Positions 8,564 to 17,230 of a DNA stretch of 17,230 nt are shown one piece after another. The notes under the pieces are model-generated. The model saw nothing but the letters and a program-made list of their open reading frames with translations. It searched no databases and had not been told where the DNA came from. Each line of letters starts with the position of its first letter. The first letter of the stretch is position 1. The position numbers and the translations under genes are program-made. Source of the stretch: Octopus sinensis (taxonomy: Eukaryota); contig NW_021824935.1 of NCBI RefSeq assembly GCF_006345805.1, positions 1 to 17,230 on the forward strand, read 5' to 3'.

Positions 8564-9130
8564 ATGGATGTCGACTATCAACTGAATAGTCTATTCTGGA
8601 CAACCACTGTCCGAAGACTACGGACAGTTTTCAAAAATTCCTAATGTTGCAGCGTTATAAGAGACATACACAGATATGAAACAGCCGTCCACGGGGACCT
8701 ATCCGAGCAAAGCGAACCTATCCGTCCACGGGAACCTATCCGTCCACGGGAACCTATCCGTGCAAAGCGAGGAAATCGTTCTAAATATATTCTGTTTGTG
8801 TCAGAGCATTGCTGACGAAGTTGTTATCGTTTGTTGGGTGGACACGTAAATGATCGTACGTGAAGATCGGCTCCCTGCTTTCGTTTGGTCATGAAACGCC
8901 GGCAGTTTTTCACTGTCTGGTAGTCATGGTCAAAGTGAATGCATGATGTTCAGCAGTTAAAGAACTGAAGCCCGACATTTTTCTATTGGGCCAAGCCCTC
9001 CTCAGTATTTTTTCATTCGTCTCTTAGTGAGAAAGATAAGGATGGAGACGGAAATACTGTTCCCCTTCACGCAGTAAATTTACTGAAATATGCATGATAA
9101 TGTCATGTATAAACCGAGAGAATAGGCTTC
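8564..9130 (+). pseudogene. Decayed ORF2 C-terminus (zf-RVT region and end) of an L1/Tx1-type LINE
   Basis: Frameshifted pieces in order: MDVDYQLNSLFWTT, DSFQKFLMLQRYK, VIRDIHRYETAV, TYPCKA/EEIVLNIFCLCQSIAD (decayed C..ET.LH....C zinc finger), PAVFHCLVVMVK, DIFLLGQALL, LVRKIRMETEILFP, SKFTE. They are colinear with the octopus L1/Tx1 ORF2 end as I recall it. Confidence 0.7.
8685..8770 (+). repeat. Minisatellite of 18/19-bp units in A-B-A-A-B order
   Basis: A = CCGTCCACGGG(G/A)ACCTAT at 8685, 8722 and 8740. B = CCG(A/T)GCAAAGCGA(ACCTAT) at 8703 and 8758. Confidence 0.92.
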
Positions 9131-9693
9131 TGCTCGGCATATTCCTTGTGGGTCTTTAACCCTTTCGTGGGACGTCGTCGTTTTGACATACTGCGTGTCT
9201 CGATATTTTCAGACCTCGTGAAGCACCCATCTCTCTCTCTTGGTCTGACCGCAGCCTATTTCTGCCAGAGAAAGAGACAAACAAAAAAAGAAAAATAGAG
9301 TGAGAAGCACCGACTGGATCGACATTATATGAAAGGATAAAACTGAACTGTGGTAGGATTAGAACACAGAGGGCAAGTATCCGGAACGATTACTGCAAAT
9401 TAATTTATCCAACGCTCTAATGATTCCACCAACTGGTTTTGTTGTTCTGCGGACACCTATGGTGAAGAACTCAGTTGGCAAAGATTATTTGCTCCTCTAT
9501 ATTAAAGTTAATTCTGAATCCGTAGAGTCCCTTGATTGGACCCCTTCTGGCTGTCCACCTAATAAAGGCTTTCATTTCCTGTTTTTATTTTTTTACGCCG
9601 GTTTTCTCATCTTTGATTCTGTGTAACCTCCCCCATCGCTTTATAATTTCTCCTTGTGACGCCGCTATCCGTTGCACTTGTGGTAATAATAAA
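9131..9693 (+). other. Probable 3' UTR of the L1/Tx1-type LINE, ending at AATAAA
   Basis: Follows the ORF2 end, has pyrimidine/T-rich stretches and AATAAA at 9688-9693, immediately before a SINE. Confidence 0.4.
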
Positions 9694-9697
9694 GTAA

Positions 9698-9963
9698 GAG
9701 CTGGCAGAATCGTTAGTGCGTCGCACAAAAAGCTTCATGGCATTCCATCCGGTTCTTTACGTTCTGAGTTCAAATGCCGCCAACGTTGACTTTGCCTTTC
9801 GTCCTTTCAAAGTCGATGAATTAAGTACCAGTGGTGAACTGAGGGGGGGGTCGATGCAATCGACTAGCGATCTTCCCCATAATTTCAGGCCTTGCGCCTT
9901 TAGTAGAAAGAATCGCCATCATGATCATCATCGTGATCATCATCATCATTATCATTATTATTA
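9698..9963 (+). mobile_element. Family B SINE with (CAT)/(ATT) simple-repeat tail
   Basis: GAGCTGGCAGAATCGTTAG...GAGTTCAAATGCC...GACTTTGCCTTTCGTCCTTTCAAAGTCGATGAATTAAGTACCAG...TTTCAGGCCTTGCGCCTTTAGTAGAAAG, then CATCAT/ATTATT. Confidence 0.88.
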
Positions 9964-10294
9964 TTTGTCATTAAGGTAAGGAAGTAACAGGGTAGGTGGA
10001 AGGGCGAAAGGAACGCTTGGCAATTTTCTTTTTTCTTTTCCTGACGGGTCCATTCTACTCACTCCCCAAATCTCGTCCTTTACATCGTTCTCCCTCTCCC
10101 ACACACATGTCCTTCATCCCCCACTCTTCCTCCTCCTCCTCCTCCTCCTTCCCCTCTTATGTTATGGCGGAGTTAAGTATTATTCAAGGATTATCCAACT
10201 GGGAATTGCCCCCCACCCACCCACACCCCACAACATGCATTTTATTCTCGTTTGCTCTTTTGTTTTCTAATCGGCTTTCCCTATGGTATTGGAA

Positions 10295-10484
10295 GTAATG
10301 CGCATGCGCACGCACGCACACATACACTTATGTATGCATGCGTATATATGTGTATGTGCATGTGCGTATATACGTAGGAGAGCATGTACGTACGCATGTA
10401 TCGATGTATATATGTAAACACAAATACGTGCGCCAAATCTAGTAAAATTGAATGAAAATATACATATATATGGATGTGTGTATA

Positions 10485-10532
<48 letters not shown>

Positions 10533-10609
10533 ATATATATTATTATATATATATATATATATATATAGTTTTACATACCCACACGCTGTTCATACATACA
10601 TTTACACAA

Positions 10610-10641
<32 letters not shown>

Positions 10642-10647
10642 GCGCGC
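10295..10647. repeat. Alternating purine-pyrimidine microsatellite field ((TA)n, (CA)n, (CG)10)
   Basis: Directly visible. (CG)10 is at 10627-10646. Confidence 0.93.
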
Positions 10648-10969
10648 AATTCTTCTTTCACCCCATTGCAGACACAACACGGTTTGTGTTTTTACAATAA
10701 GTCGACATTCATTTACTGAAGAAAAAGATAATTGAGTCGAGATGATAAAGGGAGAGGGGGAGGGGGAGAGGGAGAGAACGAAAAAATAGATTGATAGAAT
10801 GAAAAAGAACGAAAGAAAGAAAGAAACAAATAAATAAGCAAACATTTGAATAAAGGAAAAGGAGGCGAAGCTGGAAGAAAGTGAGAAAAAGAGAACGTTC
10901 GAGAAGGAGACAAGAAGGCATTGTGGGAAAGTTTACGAAAAATGAAAATGGTGGAAAACTATAAAATGA

Positions 10970-11112
10970 TTTGTTGTTGTTATAGTGTTGGTGTTGGTGG
11001 TGGTGGTGGTGTTGGTGGGGTTAATCCATGGGCCGCGATTGTTATTGTTCTAATGATGGTCACGGCGATGATGATGATGATGATGATGATGATGTTTTTT
11101 TGTGTGTGTGCT
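10970..11112. repeat. (GGT)n, (GAT)n and (TG)n simple repeats
   Basis: Directly visible. Confidence 0.9.
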
Positions 11113-11710
11113 GTTGCCTAGTCTCAGGTCAGCTTTCACTGAGAAGCTATGATGAAGGACACTCCACTCGTTATCACTGCGACTTTTGTTTCGACATAGT
11201 GTATCGAAGACTGCATTATAGAATGAGTTCTTATGTTATTTAAGACGATCTGGCTGCTATTTCTACTACATTAAACCATTTCGCCGAGGCGCTCACGTTG
11301 AATCGCTTATGTAATTGATAATAACACGAAAACCATGTTAAACGAAAGATGTAGCTACAATGACTGATAGAGAAGGAAATAGCGCTAAGTGGAGATTTTA
11401 GTAGAAATTATCGTTAAACAAACATTATAGAGACAATTAATTCTAAGGCAGACAATGACGTCAAACAATTATGGGAGCTGGAATAGGTCACGTGGAAGAC
11501 AATACTGACAGGTGAACATTTGAAGCGCAGTTGATGGTTGTGTTGGTGCGAAAAATAACGTTAAACGAATATTTTAGTTGCAGAAGCAATAAGGAGAAAA
11601 TAACGGGAAATAAGAGTTGTAGGTCAAGAGGGTTGCAATATAAAATAATGTAGATACATTGGACCATGAGGAAAATAGTTCTAAAAACAGTGTATGTACA
11701 ATGTATAATA

Positions 11711-11793
11711 AGAAATTAACGTTAAACAAAATTAATGTTAACAGAAATTAACGTTAAACAAAATTAAGGTAAACAGAAATTTACGTTAAACAG
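11711..11793 (+). repeat. 32-bp minisatellite, about 2.6 copies
   Basis: AGAAATTAACGTTAAACAAAATTAATGTTAAC (11711), AGAAATTAACGTTAAACAAAATTAAGGTAAAC (11743), AGAAATTTACGTTAAACAG (11775). Confidence 0.92.
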
Positions 11794-12123
11794 TAAAGTG
11801 TGTCTTTGGATGAGGAAGAAAGGGTTTGGATTAGGATTAAATTTTAAGGGTTAGAATTTGGTGTTGGTATCTGTGATATATCAAAATGATAACAAAGAAA
11901 GAAAAGGCATTTAAACGTTCTTCGTTTTAGAAGCTTTTTGCATCTCCTTCCTCGCCCTCTCCGTCTGTATTTTCCTCTGCCAGCTTCGTTATTGTGCACG
12001 CATGCAAATGTATATGTGAAAGTATGAATGACTGTGTACATATATGTTGTATTCGTTCATTATGGATTTGTGTGCATACGCGCGTGTGTATGTATGGATA
12101 CAAACACCTATGAATGTATGTAT

Positions 12124-12373
12124 ACTCTTTACTCTTTTACTCTTTTACTTGTTTCAGTCATTTTGACTGCGGCCATGCTGGAGCATCGCCTTTAGTCGAG
12201 CAAATCGACCTCGGGACTTATTCTTTGTAAGCCCAGTACTTATTCTACCGGTCTCTTTTGCCGAACCGCTAAGTGACGGGGATGTAAACACACCAGCATC
12301 GGTTGTCAAGCATGTGAACCCGGAACCATGTGGTTGTAGGCAAGCTACTTACCACATAGCCACTCCTTCGCCT
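12124..12373 (-). mobile_element. Family A SINE with internal deletion (tRNA head joined to 3' part)
   Basis: Reverse complement GGCGAAGGAGTGGCTATGTGGTAAGTAGCTTG...CCGGGTTCACAT|GCTTGACAACCGATGCTGG...ACAAGTAAAAGAGTAAAAGAGTAAAGAGT. It lacks the segment matching about 16040-16212. Confidence 0.92.
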
Positions 12374-13509
12374 ATGTATATTATATATATATATGCGTAC
12401 ACACGTGTGTGTGTTTGCGGTTTTTACTTTGAGATTTAACTTCTTCAGAGAGTTCAAGCCGGTCGCTAACAAAGCGACAAGATTTTTGAAAATAAGCAGA
12501 TACGTGGAGGAGAAGCAGACATCATACTTGCAAAAAAACAATGCATGGGTACATACCCCATTAGCTGGAGGGTAACAACTGCATTGGCAGAAAGAGTAGC
12601 CTCTCTTTGACCTGTGATAGTTACATTACATCCCACCTAGAAGGAAGTCTTCAATATACAGGGGCAGGAGAAATACTTCATAAGCAAGAAGGACCTCCCA
12701 AATTCCACATATGCGCGTCTCATCAAAATGTTCAAATAATTACATGACAAGTAAAGACGTTACGCAATTATGCATTCCACGTCGTCAGTGTCCCGCCAAA
12801 ACGCCGTTCTCTAGCCTATCCTGAGTTTGAGGCTCTGCGTCATATCATACTGGATTTCGGAATGGATTATATAGTTTAATTATATACTTACAGAAAACAT
12901 GTTTCACTAAGTGAACACAAGATAATTTTTTTTTCTTTGGTTAAATAAATGGTTCCTAGATGTAAGGATTTTATTAAGCCTTGATATACTCACGAACAGA
13001 TTGCGAGTTAAACTATAACCAACTCTGAAATGCTTATGATTAATAATTTCAATATACCTGTTATCCTTATTAAAATATTTATAAATAGACCTGTATATAG
13101 ATTTCATTAAATTGTTTTTAATTTACCTTGCATATGGATTGATGAGCCAAACAGCATATGATTTATTTTCTTGTATTACGAATATCACAAGAATTATCAA
13201 AGGTACGAGTATTCAAGGAAATTGCCGATTTATTATTTACAAATTTGTCACGATAAGAATAATTATAATTATTTATAAGTTGCTTATTATTTATCTTAGA
13301 TTGCTAAGGCAATACAGCATTTGTTTTCTCTATATCCTATTTTATATTTAGAGGTTGATATTTATTTATTTCAAACTTATAATCATTACCACTTAAGAGT
13401 TTATTATTAGCCATTTTAATAAATCTCCGTTTGTTATTACTTATAAATTTAGCTCTAATTGAATTACCAATCTTTTCAATTTTTGTTCAATTTTTGTATT
13501 ATATATATT

Positions 13510-13760
13510 GTTGCTATTATGTTAAACTGTCGTATGTGCAAAATTGGCCAAATGCGTTTTTTTTTCTTCAATATTTATTTTTGCTTGCAATAGCCGGTTC
13601 TTTTGGTCAAACTACCATATCTCCAGCTGCTTCATATGCCAAGATATCAAAAATTGTCAAAGTGTAAAACAACGGTTTTGCTATGGAATGGTAGATCAAA
13701 TTTTTCGTTTTCTGAAAAAGCAACGTTTTGAACTTACGACACCATTTGCACAATAGCAAC
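13510..13760. mobile_element. Candidate 251-bp MITE with imperfect TIRs in a TA-repeat context
   Basis: GTTGCTATT (13510-13518) pairs with AATAGCAAC (13752-13760), and TGTCGTA (13528-13534) pairs with TACGACA (13735-13741). Flanked by (TA)n. Confidence 0.45.
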
Positions 13761-13784
13761 TATATATATATATATATATATATA

Positions 13785-13822
<38 letters not shown>

Positions 13823-14005
13823 TTGATTTGATTTTTCCAGTTTCAGCTAATGAACTGTGGCCATGCTGATACATACATACATACATACATACAAATATAC
13901 ACACATGCATATATATACATATATGTAACATACATATGCATGGGTGTATGTATTTATGTGTTTACATGTGTGTATGAATATGTGTGTGCGTTTATGTATG
14001 TATAA
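13761..14005. repeat. (TA)n/(TACA)n/(TG)n microsatellites containing a short SINE-tail remnant at about 13833-13868 (minus strand)
   Basis: CAGTTTCAGCTAATGAACTGTGGCCATGCTG resembles TAGTTTCAGCTCACGAGCTGTGGCCATGCTG at about 1273-1303. Confidence 0.8.
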
Positions 14006-14189
14006 TGCATGTAAAAGAATGGTGAGTGTAGTGGTAATTAGTGTTGGGCAGAGGGGTAATTAGCGAGGGAGTGTGAAGTGGGGGGGTAGTTAAATTGTTT
14101 TTGTTTCTGTATGGATCCTGTTTACAATGACTAGGGATTTCTGCTGATGGAGCAGACCACCATGGAAGTGAGACAAATAGGGAAAGAGA

Positions 14190-14410
14190 AGGGGTGACTG
14201 GATGGTAGAGGTGTTAGTGGTGAGGGTGACGGTGATAGTAACGGTTGGGGTATATCGGTAGTGGAATTGGCGGGTGTGGTGATGGTGGTGGTGGTGGTGA
14301 TGGTGGTAATTGTTGTGATTGCGGTTCTTCTGTTGTTGTTTGTAATGGTGGGGCGGTGGTGGTGGTGCTGGTGCTGGTGATGCTGGTGGTGGTGCTGGTT
14401 GTGGTAGCGA
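14190..14410. repeat. (GGT)n/(GCTGGT)n low-complexity tract
   Basis: Directly visible. Source of the His/Pro/Thr-rich antisense ORFs. Confidence 0.9.
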
Positions 14411-15149
14411 TATGAATGAATGATTAGTACGCCACAAAACAAAATCCAATTCAGAACAAAACCTCAATAAAATACAACGATGCGATACGTACAGGTGACA
14501 ATGTACAGGCTTAAACACCACAACACAACATTAGACAATGCCTATAATACAATGCAACCAACACTGCAGAACATTACACAACACTACCCAACCCCTGTAC
14601 CGTCTGAAACTACCCGGGACACATAGATGTCCAGGGAGCCAATACTTATCCCTGTCTACTGTGACATACATGCAAGGAGCCTAGGGTATTGTTTAACCCG
14701 GGAGGGTGGCGTTCAATGTGGAGTTCTAATGTTGTTAATATGCCGAAGAGATCAGGACACCAATAGTCATTATAAAACAGGATCCCTAAGCACCACTTCA
14801 CACAATTCTAACAGAACAAATTGCAACACAACGCATCTCGGCTGTACAACATAACATGAGCCAATAAGCGATTTTCTATGCAATTGCTCAACTTGGAGGA
14901 AATAGCAGCGAAATCTGACATCACACCGTTTTAAAAGAAACTCATTGAATACTGAGGTCGTAAATATATATTATTCCTGAAGACAAGAGAGAAGTGGTCA
15001 TTGTCGGAAAGGCTTTGAGCATTTGTCTGCAGGACGAAAGGTTGACACGGCGCTAGATAAAAACAATAACAACAACATAAGGCTCACGCGCCAACGTTTT
15101 AAAAACAATTCTATCACGATTTGTTTGGTGAAAATAGAAGAATGTTTTG

Positions 15150-15461
15150 ATAAAGAAGGTGGTAGTGGTGGTGGAGAAGAGAGTGAGAGACGTTAAGATA
15201 GAAGGAGAAGAGGATTAGAAAAAGAGGAGAATTAGATAAAGATAGTGAGAGATAGAGAGAGTGCGTGTGTGTAAAGGAGAGATAGAGTAGAACTGATAGT
15301 GAAGGAGAGAGGGGAAGAGAGGAGGGTGCAAAGACCACACAGACTGTGGACAGTGTGTGTGGAATGAAAGAGATGCAAAATAGAATAACGGAAGAATGAC
15401 ATAGAAGAATGAATGAATGAATGGATGAATGAATGAATGAATGAATAGATAGATAGATATA

Positions 15462-15509
<48 letters not shown>

Positions 15510-15635
15510 AAGAAACGAAGAAAAAGAAAGAAAGAAAGAAAGAAAGAGAATATAAAAAGACAACGAAGAAGTAACAAAACAAGAAAGAAAGATGAAATAT
15601 AAAGCAAAGAAATAAGGAACAAATGCGAATGAATT
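15150..15635. repeat. Purine-rich tract with compound tetranucleotide microsatellite (GAAT)n-(AGAT)n-(AGAC)n-(AAAG)n
   Basis: Directly visible at about 15406-15546. Confidence 0.93.
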
Positions 15636-15980
15636 AAATGGATTCTTTCGCAAGAAATGGCGGCATGACCAAAGTGAAGATTGGAGACGAAAATATATTT
15701 ACATCATTATTTAATAAAAGGTCTTTATTATACATTCTTGTTGTTGCTGCGGTAAATGAAGTTAATTATTTTGATTTATTATTGCTATTGTTGTTGTTGT
15801 TGTTCTTTGTGGCGGCTGCGGCGGCAACGGCGGTGGCGGTTGATATGTTTGTAATTCTGTACAAAGGATTTCTATGCTGAAATATTTAGAATCGGGATTT
15901 CTTTGGCCCAGAGAAAAAAAGGAGCAAAAACAACTCCTCCTTCTTTACACCTATTATACTTACGTGCGTATATATATATA

Positions 15981-16392
15981 GGCGCAGGAGTGGCTGTGTG
16001 GTAAGTAGCTTGCTAACCAACCACATGGTTGCGGGTTCAGTCCCACTGCGTGGCATCTTGGGCAAGTGTCTTCTGCTATAGCCCCGTGCCGGCCAATGCC
16101 TTGTGAGTGGATTTGTTAGACGGGAAACTGAAAGAAGCCTGTCGTATATATGTATATATATATGTATGTGTGTGTGTGTTTTGTGTTTGTGTCTGTGTTT
16201 GTCCCCCTAGCATTGCTTGACAACGATGCTGGTGTGTTTACGTCCCGCCACTTAGCGGTTCGGCAAAAGAGAACGATAGAAGAAGTACTGGGCTTACAAA
16301 GAATAAGTTCCGGGGTCGATTTGATCGACTAAAGGCGGTGCTCCAGCATGGCCGCAGTCAAATGACTGAAACAAGTAAAAGAGTAAAGAGTA
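15981..16392 (+). mobile_element. Full-length tRNA-derived SINE, family A (CORE-like; probably one of the octopus OR-type SINEs)
   Basis: A box TGGCTGTGTGG (about 15992), B box GGTTCAGTCC (16034-16043), CORE-like GGCATCTTGGGCAAGTGTCTT, internal TA/TG microsatellite, 3' body and (AAGAGTA)-type tail. Inserted in a TA repeat. Confidence 0.92.
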
Positions 16393-16636
16393 TATATACA
16401 TGTACATTCATGTATACATATACACATGTACATATATACATACATATATGTAAGTATAAATATATAGAATATGTAAGTATGTGCATATATATATACACAC
16501 ACACACTCACACAAGCATACAGATAAATACATATACAAATAAATAATGTATATGTGCTTTAATGTTTGTATGTTTAAATATGTGGATGTATTATGTATGT
16601 ATGCATGTATGCATGCATGTGTGTTGTATGTATATG

Positions 16637-16668
<32 letters not shown>

Positions 16669-16690
16669 TGTATGTATGTTTATGCATAAT
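16393..16690. repeat. (TA)/(TACA)/(TATG)n microsatellite field
   Basis: Directly visible. Confidence 0.95.
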
Positions 16691-16994
16691 ACATAGTCAA
16701 AGCCAGCTAAAATGGGAAAAAAAACAAAAAGATCAAAATACGTCGAGACACTTGAAAGGAGAATGGAGAGTCTTGACGTTTTGGGCATTAGACCTTCTTC
16801 GGAATGAATAGGAAAGGCATATAAAATTGGAAAAGAAAGGGCCAGTCAGATGCGTAATACAAAAATATATTAACATATTTGGAGGGAAAAGGAATCAGGA
16901 GGACTTTGAAGGGCTTCTGAGTAAAAGGAAAACCGCTTTATGAGAGGAATCAAAACGACAGATGGTATGAGTGTGTACGAGGTGTACACAGACT

Positions 16995-17040
16995 GCATGT
17001 ATGTGTATGTGTATATGTGTATGTGTGTGCACATGTGTGC

Positions 17041-17072
<32 letters not shown>

Positions 17073-17088
17073 GTATATATATATATAA
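16995..17088. repeat. (TG)/(TA)n microsatellite
   Basis: Directly visible. Confidence 0.93.
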
Positions 17089-17230
17089 AACCATCGTCTA
17101 ATAATACACCAAAGGGATTCACGACCCGTTAGAATTCCTAGAGTATACCAAACACCACGTGATCTAGGCTTGTCCAAATATGTATAAACGTATCAGTGCG
17201 TATATATAGGTGTGCGTCACAGAAAGTCTC

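Noticed and set aside
8584-8628. Hairpins GAATAG-T-CTATTC and ACTGTCCG-7nt-CGGACAGT (Helitron-end or terminator-like)
   Set aside because: They lie within decayed LINE ORF2 coding sequence, there is no matching Helitron 5' TC or 3' CTRR, and short stems are expected by chance.
8685-8770. CRISPR-like array (also considered for 11711-11793)
   Set aside because: The units are contiguous with no unique spacers, there are no cas genes, and the context is eukaryotic.
9156-9166. TTAACCCTTT piggyBac-like end
   Set aside because: No matching AAAGGGTTAA partner end was found in the window.
14090-14521. His/Pro/Thr-rich ORFs 14090..14521 and 14131..14442
   Set aside because: They are antisense readings of a (GGT)n tract, with no complex domain or convincing splice context.
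14620-15110. Complex-looking block with GCTGCTATTTC shared (inverted) with about 11256-11266
   Set aside because: Probably very old repeat remnants. An 11-bp match and no interpretable translation are not enough to call a feature.
15981-16050. tRNA gene
   Set aside because: It has A and B boxes but no complete cloverleaf or acceptor stem, and it continues into a SINE body found elsewhere in the window.

Overview
AT-rich eukaryotic DNA, very likely intronic or intergenic sequence from an octopus (coleoid cephalopod). This rests on the extreme microsatellite density and on tRNA-derived SINE families I recognise from memory of octopus sequence. No intact host gene can be supported, and most ORFs in the track are translations of simple repeats. 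The window is a layered transposon graveyard: (1) a 338-bp MITE with 66-bp TIRs; (2) three co-oriented non-LTR retroelement 3' ends separated by (AAT)n tracts, two clearly R4/Dong-like; (3) a near full-length dead mariner; (4) a long, heavily decayed L1/Tx1-type LINE (about 5.9-9.7 kb) that the ORF track misses, with endonuclease and zf-RVT/C-terminal remnants but no visible RT core; (5) about ten copies or fragments of two SINE families; (6) several minisatellites. Family assignments come from manual translation and recalled consensus motifs, not database searches. I found no evidence of a new biological system; the best leads are retroelement architectures.
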